A program made the position numbers and the translations under genes. Source: Dimorphilus gyrociliatus (taxonomy: Eukaryota > Animalia > Annelida). From it: a DNA stretch of 64,000 nt. Below are positions 38,082 through 50,010 of this stretch, piece after piece (position 1 is the first letter of the stretch; every line of letters begins with the position of its first letter). The notes under the pieces were generated by a model. That model had not been told where the DNA came from. It ran no database searches and saw only the letters and a program-made list of their open reading frames with translations. The DNA lies in contig CAJFCJ010000006.1 in assembly GCA_904063045.1 (NCBI GenBank), forward strand, positions 2,923,631 to 2,987,630, given 5' to 3'.

Positions 38082-40790
38082 TCAATTTTCAAGAGTTTCT
38101 TGTTTGTCTATCAGTTTAATCAATAACCCGCGTATAACTGCCATTCCTTTTAAATTTATCGACCATTCGATTTCATCATTGGAAAATCTAAAATTTACAA
38201 AATATTGAAATAAAAGACAACGGAGAAAATGAATTAAAACTCACTTTGAATCGAATGGGGAATTTGATCCAACAACTTCTTTTCCTAGTTCATAAGTACC
38301 AGGACAGACTAACAAGTCAAAAGCAACTTTAACTATCTTGTTATTCCATCTATGTATAATAATAAATATTACATAAAGAAAGATTAATTTTAATTTAATA
38401 AGTACACGTATGATTCGGCAAAAGCGTCTAAACCGGCGTATCTTAATGAAGGAGATATAAACACTCTTTCTTTCGCAGTCTCTCCACTCCTATCAAATGA
38501 TCGTTTCTTAGAATTGTCTAAATTTGATGGGGATGACACAATATCTCCTTGCCGTAGAATTTTCGAAATATTACCGACTCTTGTTCCATGATAAGCTCTA
38601 TGATATTTCTTTAAAATATCTTCATTTAATATTCGAGAGTGAGTCTTCAATCCTAATAAATACCATCCAATTGGAACAGAATAAGCCCTTGGTGGAATAC
38701 CTTGATAACAATATTCCTTAAAATTTCTTGTTGAATGACAAAAACGACAATGGCACTCTGTGAATTCTTTATTAATGTGTTCACCTATGAATAAAAGTTA
38801 CCTTTTGAACTATATACTATATAGCTATATTTGACAGATATGTTATTATTTTGAGATAAATACTTTACCACTTATTAACAATACATCATCAATAAATTTC
38901 TTACAGTCATTCTCTAATAGACAAGCTTCAGAAGCAAATTGATAACTATCAATTGACCATATTTTAATTAAACAAATTTCAGCTGATTCAGCTAGACCAT
39001 TTATTTCATTTTTAGATAAATCTTGTAATTTTTCCCTTATTTTTCCTTGTTGCAGTTTACCCTTTTCACTTTCTTGTAGACTTTTATCCGTAATAATTAC
39101 AGATAGAATTGTATTTAAACAAGTTATTGTAAATTTTACATTAATTTCTCCAGTTAGCTTATGACAAAGAATTTCAAGTAAAAAGTCTATCAGTCCATTA
39201 TGAATCATATAAATACAATTCTCAATACATTCTAACGTATATGATAAACATTCTAGAATTTCTTGTAAGTAAAAAACAATCCCTTCAAAAATTGTTTTTG
39301 ATTTGATGGTTGATTTAATTTGCTCTAATAATAAATCAAGAATACTCTCTGTAAATATTAATATTTAATTTATATTAGATAAACGAGAAATTTAAAGTAT
39401 AATGCCGATTTTTACCTTCAATCTTCCAAAATTTCTTATCTGGTAATATACGGCCTAAGGCCATCACTTTTAGAAAGCTCACACCTAAATCATACCTTTG
39501 AAAATCTGGATAATCCTCTAAATATACTCGAAGATCTCTATCACGAATTTCGTCAGCCAACTTTGAAACTTTAGAGAAATTATATAATATTCTCAAAATG
39601 AAAGTAAACACTGATTTCTTTGCCTGGTTTTTGTTTTTGATTAGAATTATATAATATAGATATAAATGAAAGGTTGAGAAAGAAACATTTAGTTTTACCT
39701 CTATATCTTCGACAGCTCTTTCGTTATTTCCTTTTTCAAGAACATTATGAATTAGGTCCAAACATCCCTGTCTTGCAATTGCGGATGGAAACATTGAATT
39801 ATTCTCACAATTATTTTGTATAAAACTACTCATAACAATACAATTTGCTTTGCTCTTCTCCATATGAAAATTATCCCAAGTGTACTTAAAATAGGCCATT
39901 AAAGTTTCACCTCCATCGAATTTGAGTAACATATTTAAGAAAACTGCATGAGCACCTTTCACTCTTTTTATTAACCGACAACAGGATTCCAATTGAAGTA
40001 TCATAAGCTGAATGCTATCTGCATACTTTGTTCGTCCCGTTTTCATCATGATATTGACTTTTGTCCACTTCCTCGATAAGTCAGAAAATGACAAAATAGG
40101 AACCATGTACGAAATAACATCATTTAAAATATTCATCCATGAAGTATTCATCTTAAACATTGTTACTTGACTTCCAATCGATTTCATTGCTATTGTTGGA
40201 TAAAGTTTTATTCCCCGATTGCCAAAAGCAGTATCCAAATCCCTACAGCACACTCCCAAGTGCCTATTTTCTACTTTAAACAGTAGTACTCCATTATAAA
40301 GGTCTAATATCATAACAAAATTATCTGGCACTTTATAGTTTGAATCAATTTCCAATGGATATTTGCTCATTATTGCATTATTAAAAATTGATTTATTGCT
40401 AATAAGATCCCAGCCCATAACTACTTCAAAACCGCCAAAAACTTCTCTTGGTAAATTACCTGATACTTTGCAGGAGATTCCCATAACCGCCGAATCTTGA
40501 CCTCTCAATCTAACTGACCAATTTACTGAATAGACGTGAATACCGGATATCTGTCCGTCGGTACTTCTAATAATATCCATAGTATTCGTATCGGTAACTT
40601 TAGTAACTGACGATCCATCCTTAGTTACTGTAATATTTTTGGAGCTTCGTTCGTCCCAAAATGCAGGAATTGATGCGGCTGAAATGTTTTCATCAACAAA
40701 TTTCCTAATGCTACTCTGACTTTGAGTTTTTTGAATTGGAACAGAGATTTTATGAACGGTTTGCTGAGGTACGCCCAAATTGCAGCCCAT
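38082..40790 (-). CDS. Paralog K: MGC-SPRY-ARM-ART protein
   Basis: Starts MGCNLG. SPRY WDER..GIHVYSVNWS..MGWDL..LYPTI; ART CHCRFCH..PIGWYLLGL..YHRAYHGT..FISPSLRY..FSNDEIEW..GLLIKL. Stop 38082-38084. Confidence 0.85.
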
Positions 40791-41747
40791 TTGCCCTTGT
40801 TAGTAACCTATATCTTGAAGGAAGTGATAAAGAAAGTTTTCGTTAATTCTCCTTGTTAATCATAAGAAACAGTATTCTTTATTCATTATACCTTCAAAAT
40901 AAAATTCATAGTCACACAAGTAAAAAGTTAGGCTAAATATTTATATATATTTGAAATGTTGAAAAAATAACTTACATATTGACAAATAGCTAGATTAGAT
41001 AAATTTATAGCGTTTTCTCAAATGAAAAATTCAAGAGTAATACTCAAAAAGTTTCCTTTTTCTTACAATAATATCTTCAGTAAGACAACATTTTAGTCTT
41101 AGAGTGCGATCAGATTATAGGAATGAATTATTACGAATGTCAGTTACCATAGTAATGCACCAACACTTAAACAGGTTAAAGCAAACTGTAGTTCTAGCCA
41201 TAAAATACTATTTTATTACCTTATTTAATACTAAGATAATAAAATACCGACAGGATATTATATGTTGCTATTTGTTCAAAAAGCAAGAAATTAAAGAAAT
41301 TAACTACATCTCTTAAATCTTCTATGAAAAATAATCCTCTCCAAGTAGATCTTTGATATTTTTTTACAGAATATAAACTTTCATTTCTAAGAATCTGAAA
41401 GTCAATCTCTAGAAATCTTAATTTAAATTACAATTTTAGAAAATGATCATGTCAAGGTTTAGAGAAAACTTTCAATCGCCACTTTTCTGGACAGATAATA
41501 AGAAAATTATCCTATAAACTTGTATAATTAAATACAATTATAATCAATAACTTCTATTATATAACTACTAGGCTTAGACTATTCATGTAGTTCACTATAA
41601 AAGATATAACGTTATACTTTAAGCTCGAAGTTTTTGTTCATAGACCTGCACAGTAATAAATATAAGATAGCAGAAATGTTTCAATGCGTTAAGTGAACAT
41701 GTATTTATTTTTATAACTAATTACAAAGAAAACGTTTTCTTTAATCT

Positions 41748-43076
41748 TTAGTTTCCACTAGGCCTATGGAAGAAAATTAAAGGTAAATATCATGTATTTA
41801 ATTAAAAATTTAAAACTTACTTAGCCCATTCAACGTTCAATATCAAATGATCATAACCATAACCGGACAAATTGGCAATAGCCTTAGCTGCATCTTCCCT
41901 TTTTGAATAATTAATAAACGCGTAGCCCTATTTAATAAAAAAGTCGTACAATAGGCTTTAATTAAGACCAAATTGCCTGTAAATTTTACCTTTGATTGGC
42001 CAGTAACTTTATCTTTAGCCAAAAATATACGATGGATATGACCAAAAGGCCTAAATAATTCTTGTAAATCACTCTCGGTAGTATCCTCTGAGAGATTTGT
42101 TACTCTAATCGTGGCACTTTCATCTCTGCCTCCCATTCTTTCACCAACAGTGGTTTTAGAGTCAACACCGCCTCGTCTTCCAGGTGCAACATACTTTCCT
42201 GGTGGGCCAGCTTGTTTTGCTTTATCATCTCCAATAGCTGGAGCGGTGCCTTCTGGAGCTCCTGAAAATATGAATTTAGATTTGTCTAGTATATTTCTTA
42301 ATGTTCTTACCATCCATGCTAGGAGCAGCAATAGAGTCTTTGTAAGGACATTTAGTGGTCCAATGGTCTCCCTTACATATTCTACAAGATACCATCTTTT
42401 GCTTATCTTTCAATTTTCCGAAAGGATCTTCACTTTCCTCTGTTTGGAGTTGATTTTCTTTGTTATGTACCAAAACCATATATATATCTTCAGAAATTAT
42501 AGTATTTGCTGGGTTGGGGCCAGGTGGATCATTTGATGCTTCACCAAATTTCTTCCAAGTCTTCCTCTTAGCGACTGTCTTCGGCATCTTTTGGATATCG
42601 ATTCTGTATGTCTTGATGACTTTAACCTTTTTTCCATCCTCATTTATTTTGAACTCAGTTAAGGTTTTCAATTTTCTGTCTTCATCCACATGTATTAGTG
42701 GAGTTGGGAGTCCGCCTTAGAAAATAAATGAATTGCATTAGTCACAAATGTTTAAACTCAATTTTCATCAGACTAAGCCTATTTTGACACATCAGTCAAA
42801 ATATTCTATATTTTAAATAATAAATGACACAGTCAACGAGCAAAGAGTATTCAAATATATTTATTTGTATGAAAGTAAGACTGAATATGACTGGACTGGC
42901 AGTCTTTGCTAGCATACTCATGTTGAGAAACAATAGTTTTACTATACCTTCTTGTTCGACCTCATCGGCCCAGCTTTTTCCTATTCTGTAAGATATAAAT
43001 TACTCAAATTAATCAAAGAATCTTAATTTTATTTCGTAGTAAGAAAGAATATAGTTTACCCGTCATATGTCGGCAT
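41748..43076 (-). CDS. EIF3G: Eukaryotic translation initiation factor 3 subunit G
   Basis: MPTYD / SWADEVEQE / KTLTEFKINEDGKKVKVIKTY..WKKFG..CRICKGDHWTTKCPY / RRM ATIRVTNLSEDTTESDLQELFRPFG..LNVEWAKPSGN stop. Confidence 0.95.
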
Positions 43077-43100
43077 GCTTAACGATAACCTAAAGGATAA

Positions 43101-43112
43101 TGCGCATGCGCA
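43101..43112. promoter_or_regulatory. Perfect NRF1/Ewg-type palindrome in the bidirectional EIF3G-ESF1 promoter
   Basis: TGCGCATGCGCA lies in the ~110-bp gap between the two divergent ATGs (43076 and 43186). Confidence 0.6.
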
Positions 43113-43185
43113 AAGTCACTTTTAGACGATAAAACATTTTTGCACAACCCACGTGTTTTATATTCGGTTGTTCGTTAATTTCGTC

Positions 43186-45729
43186 ATGGATCATATTAAA
43201 AAAGATGAGAGATTTTCCCATATATCAAAGGATCCAAAATTCCGTAAATTGGCCAGAAAGGATAGAAAAGTTAAAATAGACAAAAGATTCCATGGGATGT
43301 TTAAAGACAAAAAATTTAAAGTTACATACACAGTAGATAAACGAGGACGCCCGGTTAAAACATCCAGTACTGATCACTTAAAAAAGTTATATGATTTGGA
43401 TAGTGATGAAAATGAAGATGATAGTGAAACTGATGAAAGCCAAGACGAGGATGAAAGTGATGAAGATGTAAGTGAAAAAATTCAAGATTCAAGTTAGTAC
43501 GAAATTTAAATATGAATCCGTAGACAATCTAAACTATAATCGTCCTTTTACTAAAAGAGCAAAGAAAGAAATTGAAGGATACCAATAAGAAAAGTGAGAG
43601 TAAGAGCAGTGAAGGAGAGGAGGAAGAAGAGAGTGGAAGTGACGAAGAAGAGGAGAGTGAAGATGACGAAGGAAAGCTCGACCTTACCGGACCTGACTTA
43701 GCTAGGGGAGAGGGTGCCATTGATTCTAGTAGCTCAGAAGAAGAATACGAATTGGAAGGTAGTTTAGGCAAAAAATGGCTCACTGTTTTTCTATAAATAT
43801 TAACGTTTATAACAGATGAACGTTTTGATCATGAATGGGGAGAAGTAGATAAAAATGTTAAACGATCAGAAGAAATAACTTGCAGACTTGCATGTTGTAA
43901 TCAAGATTGGGATAGGATAAGGGCTGAGGATTTACTTATGATTTTCAATTCATTTAAACCTTCTACAGGAGTAGTAAAATCTATTACCGTTCGTAGTCTT
44001 CGCTATTTTCTAGTTTCATTCATGCTGTCGTTTTAACTTAAATAATAGATTTATCCCTCCGAATTTGGTTTACAACGTATGAAACAAGAAGACCTTGAAG
44101 GTCCAAAAGAGCTATTCGAGAAAGAGGAAAGCTTGGCTACTTCGAATGATCAAGTTGAAGGAGAAGACTATCACAGAGAGAAATTACGACAATATCAATT
44201 AAAAAGACTTAAGTATTATTATGCAATAGTAGACTGCGATAGTCCTGAAACGGCTAATGCCATTTATGAGCAATGTGATGGTGTCGAATTTGAGACAAGT
44301 TCGACTAAAATGGATTTAAGGTAATCAATTTATCATTAATTACTTTCAGCTTATCATATTAAATTTCTATTAGGTTTGTTCCGGATGATATGACATTTAG
44401 TGAAAACTTTAAAGCACGTGTTTCTGACGTTGATTTACTAAATTACAAGCCGATTTTGTTCAAAACTACCGCTCTAATGAGATCTAATGTTGAGTTAACT
44501 TGGGATGAGACAGATCGCTCTAGATCAGCCATTCTCAATAAAAAATTTAAGAAGGACGAAATAGACAATCTTAATATCAAAGATTATCTTGCATCGTCTT
44601 CAGAGGATTCTGCTTGTACGTTCTCCTGACAAATACTATTGAATTATATTTTCTATCAATAATAATGATTTCAGGCGATGAAGAAAATGGAAATGAAAGT
44701 AATGACGACGATGATAATGAAAATATTATTGAAAAAAAGAGAAACAAATATAAGGCACTTTTAGAGGTTTGAATTTCATAAATTAAATAGTTATAATAGG
44801 ATATTAAGAACCTTTTGTAGGAAATTGATACGAAAGATGAGGAAAATGAAAAAGAAGATAAAAACGATGTTAATATGGAAATAAAATGGAATACTGGTTT
44901 GTTTTTAGAGAGTCTTTTAAGTATTTCAAATAAATAGTTCATTAATCCATTCTAGGTCTTAAAGCTAAATCCGAAGAAATTGTCAAAAAAGCTAAAGATG
45001 ATAAAGAATTATCTGTATTTGAAAAATACTTAGAAAAGAGAAAAGAAAAGAAAAAGCTAAAGAGACGAAAGACAGCAATCAAAGAGAGTGATGAGGTATG
45101 ATTTTTTTTAACTGAGTCATTGCTTTCTTTCATAAAAATTGTCCTATTCCTAGGGTGAAGATGAAGATATGGAGGAAAACGGATTTCAAGCATTTAGTGA
45201 CGATGACGTAGGAGCAGAGTCTCCTCCACCCAAAAAGAAGAAGAAAGGCAAGAAGTCTAAAATTGAAAAACGAGTACTAACAGCTGAAGAGGAGGAAGAG
45301 GAGAAAAAGGCTCAAGCAGAACTCTCTCTATTAATGGAAGATGACGATAATAGAAAACACTTTAACTTATCCTCAATAATAGAAGCCGAAAAGTTCTCTA
45401 AACTGAGCAACAGAAGAAAGAAAAAACTTTTGAAAAAGAATAAAGATCGATTGAAACTTGAAAAAGAATCACAGGACGACTTCCAATTGAACCTTAATGA
45501 CGATAGATTCTCAAAATTATATTCTAATCCCTCATATAATATAGATCCATCAGCACCACAGTTCAAGAAGACCAAAGCTATGGACAATCTCGTCAAAGAA
45601 AAAATCAAAAGAAGTAGTGAGATCGTAAATACTGAAATTAAAAAAGTAAAGAAGGAAAATAACGATATTAAGGCTTTGGTTGCAGCCGTTAAAATGAAAG
45701 CAAACAAAAAGAAAAAGGCTAAAAGCTAA
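43186..45729 (+). CDS. ESF1: Pre-rRNA-processing protein ESF1
   Basis: DERFSHISKDPKF..KVKIDKRF..TVDKRGRP; RLACCNQDWDRIRAEDL; YQLKRLKYYYAIVDCDS; C-terminal NUC153-like DDRFSKLYSNPSYNIDPSAPQFKKT. Confidence 0.95.
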
Positions 45730-45917
45730 TTATTAATAGTATAGTTTATTTGATTACTTCTTGTTTCTTAAGCTTGAGACAAAATGTTCAGGTGTATTTT
45801 ACACTGTGTTATAAGACTGTATTTTTGTAAAAATAATACACTAAACTGAATATACAGTAATTCTAAAGGAGGGTATAAGAAATAAAGATGTCTAAAAACA
45901 TTAAGTACATATTTCTT

Positions 45918-46724
45918 TTAAATTATATTAATCATTCCTGCTTTATTCATGCTTGCAGTACTTCCAGCAGCAATTGGCTCCACTTGATCAATAGGTACTT
46001 TTTCTGGCTCAGGCCTCACTGACAAATAAGGCATGGAGATATTGGTCTTCATCGGAGGCGCTCTTATTAGATCTCTAACGATTACTGTATGAACAAAATG
46101 CGATATCCCAGCAAATATTGAAAAGAATGTGCTAAGAATAAACAAGCCATAGGAGAAAGAAGGATAGTTCAAATAAGGGAATGGTAGCCAGAGTCGGTCC
46201 AATTTGAACATAATTCCAAAAACTAAAATTGTTATAGCCTTCAAAATAGAACTTATAATGGTCAACGTAGTTATGGATTGGATAAGACAAATAGGTTGGG
46301 ATCTATCTTGTAGCCCAGCCTCATTATTCATACTGTCATTTGCTCTTTCCTTAACCTTTAACCAGGCAAGAAAGCCCAATATTACATTACATAATTCCAT
46401 TACGAAAGAAACAGTTACTGCAACTTGAACAAAAATAAACCAAGGTGGCATAATCCAACCGCGAATCTTATAGTATTCTGGAGCAAGAATCCACCAGCAT
46501 CCGTGATACGCTTTTTGAGACGTATCGGCTGGTAGAACCAAGCCAGAGAAGCATACCTCCCAAAGACCCAATCGTCTGAACGGACTGTACACTCTGGGCC
46601 AGGATATAATCCAATAAGGTGTAGAGAAACCAAGACCAACATTTAAACACGAGAGAAAGTTTAAAATTAAGCCAGTTTCGAATATCCATCTCCTCCCCTC
46701 TTTCCTATTCATTGTCTTAACCAT
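45918..46724 (-). CDS. Invertebrate claudin/PMP22-family four-TM protein (Megatrachea/pickel-like)
   Basis: Single exon with four hydrophobic segments and the signature FSTPYW..LGLWEVCF..GCWWI..W..PPWF..VQ. Confidence 0.85.
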   Translation of the reverse strand: MVKTMNRKEGRRWIFETGLILNFLSCLNVGLGFSTPYWIISWPRVYSPFRRLGLWEVCFSGLVLPADTSQKAYHGCWWILAPEYYKIRGWIMPPWFIFVQVAVTVSFVMELCNVILGFLAWLKVKERANDSMNNEAGLQDRSQPICLIQSITTLTIISSILKAITILVFGIMFKLDRLWLPFPYLNYPSFSYGLFILSTFFSIFAGISHFVHTVIVRDLIRAPPMKTNISMPYLSVRPEPEKVPIDQVEPIAAGSTASMNKAGMINII

Positions 46725-47200
46725 TCTTTCGTTTCTTACCCTAACGAAAGTAGTTCAAAGAATGTATTCACAGCTATTGAACAATATTTTAGCTATTTTC
46801 TTTCAGGTGGAGACTGATCGTTCGATTGTATACAGGTAAGCAACAATTGGCTGATAAGATTAACCTTTAGTATGCACTACGTTTGCTATCATTTCAGGCA
46901 AAAAGATAAGAGTCATATTGAAAAGTTATTTATTTACATACATATATACATTTATATAAATAATTATTACTCAATCCATAAAACCAAATTTAAATTAGAA
47001 CAGGATTTTTAGTTTTAACTTAGCTGAAAGTTGACGAATTGACAAGTAGACTTTATACTATTATTCTTTATACTTTTATATTTTAACTATATTATATTTA
47101 AAAACAATGAAAAACATCTTAAATAAGATCATAACATTTTGTTCAATTATTTAGCAATATTTTGGACCAGTTTAGAAAAGTCTGTTTGAAATTTTAATAA

Positions 47201-48135
<935 letters not shown>

Positions 48136-48289
48136 GGATTTGAAAGAACTCGAATTAATTAGGTAGCACTATTTGAAACATTCAATCATCGTTAATAAAT
48201 TGTTTGCATAATGGTTCATCCGTATCGGAGTTGTGTATATAATTTATGAATTACAAAGTGCATTCAAAGTAAATCTAAACGAAAAATTA

Positions 48290-49551
48290 TCAATTTGAGG
48301 GCAGTTGTAAATATGTCTTGCGAAATTCTTGCAATAGTTTTTCTTCTTCATTCTTCTTTCGTAGCAATCTCTTATCACTCCATCTTCTGATAAAATAATA
48401 GATACAAACCACCATTAGAGAAACAATAACATTGACCACTAATATGAAAAACATGAACCGAACCCGGTGACCTCTTGGGAATGACCGAAATGTATCGTTT
48501 TGTTCCGCATCGCTACCTATCGTTTTCGTCGTATCGCTTTCACTAGACCTTTCTTTTCGACGTTGGTTATGATTATTAAGCTAGATTTGTGCAAGTAATT
48601 ATATATTGCAATGAAGGAAAGCTAGTTTAAGCACCTGTGACAAAGTTTTTCTGTTTGATTTCTTGATCTTACATTTCCTCTTTAATTCCTGTTCGTTGAA
48701 CTCATGCGTTTCCCACCAGCTCCAATTTTGACAAGAAATTCTAACGACATCCTCTGTCGTTCTGTTCCTCCTTAGACTAATCAACTTCATTAACCAAGCA
48801 GACTCGCATTTACAGCCAATAACATATGGAAATCGTAGAATTCGAATTCGTTTTAAATAGCTAACAAGACCATTATTTATGTTAACTAAGCGAATATTAG
48901 TTAAAATGGAGAGCTCTTGCGTTATTTTAAAGTTTAAAGCCCTCTTCCAGTTGACCGTTGAACCAGAAATAGAGGACACATTCATGCGTAAAACCTGGTC
49001 AGTGAATGAATATTTTTTGTTGCAGTCCTTTCCAGACAATATTTCGCTTAATTCGTTTCTTTTAGAAGGAAAATAAGATTTATATAATATTTGCATAATG
49101 GATTATATAAGAATGAATAAGTAATAAAGAAATAGAACTAAATTAACTTTAAACCATCCGTAAAAATTATATTAAGTTGTTTTATATAGTTGATTGTTAA
49201 TTTACGCGGTAATTTACCAACAGCTACTAAATTCAATTCATTAATTTTATCAAGATGAAACTGGAATTTTGCTGCATTACTGGAATCCGAGCAATTACTA
49301 ATTGATGCCTTAACTATAGTAATTCTATCGTTGAATAAATTATGCAAATCAGTTTGATCAAGACCGCCACACGTCAAAACGACTTCCGTATAATTTCCTT
49401 TCCTTGCACACTTTTCTCTCTTCATCGAAGGACAAATTAATCTTAGTTTATTAGAACTACAATCGCAAATATTTTCTGCGTTTACTAGTTTATATAGAAT
49501 TGTAGTAAGATTACAGAATAGTACAAATAAACTGCAAAATTTACAATCCAT
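48290..49551 (-). CDS. Orphan type I membrane protein with degenerate LRR-like ectodomain and LRRCT cap
   Basis: Signal peptide MDCKFCSLFVLFCNLTTILYKLVNA; NICDCS..LICP cap; IGCKCESAWL..SC (LRRCT-like); third exon with TM segment FMFFILVVNVIVSLMVVCIYYFI and a short basic tail. Stop 48290-48292. Confidence 0.6.
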
Positions 49552-50010
49552 CTGTCTTTTATCTTTTGAATTATAATTCAAAACAGTGTAAAAAACTTTA
49601 AATAAATAAACTATATACTAGATTGATATACGGCTTTTGTTATATATTATATACTGTATATAATACATAAAGTGTAAATATTGATAATCTTCACAATAAA
49701 TAAAGGGGTTTTTTTTTTGATATAGTATTACTTTGAGTAAATAGTTCTTTGAAATTACCTTCGTTATAGATATAACGAGTGTATGCAAAATAGATTGTAC
49801 TTGGTAATCATAGAGTATAAGTTAGATTTTATTTGATGATATTTCGTTGAGAGCGGAAAAAGAACAGAGAATCCCTACAGAGGACTCAATTAAATATAGA
49901 TTTATTGTAGACAGACAGTTGCCAACAGCTAATTAACTTTCTAGATTTTCATTTTCTCTTCTTTGCTTTTTCTTTTAAAACCTTCCCTTTTTTACGATGA
50001 ATTGTGATCT

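Noticed and set aside
1981-40790. ART domains as recently acquired bacterial or phage toxins
   Set aside because: They carry conserved spliceosomal introns, match host AT content, and resemble the animal NEURL4 C-terminal domain along their whole length.
43529-45707. Ser/Leu/Phe-rich antisense ORFs over ESF1
   Set aside because: They are the reverse-complement of Glu/Asp/Lys-rich low-complexity coding sequence.
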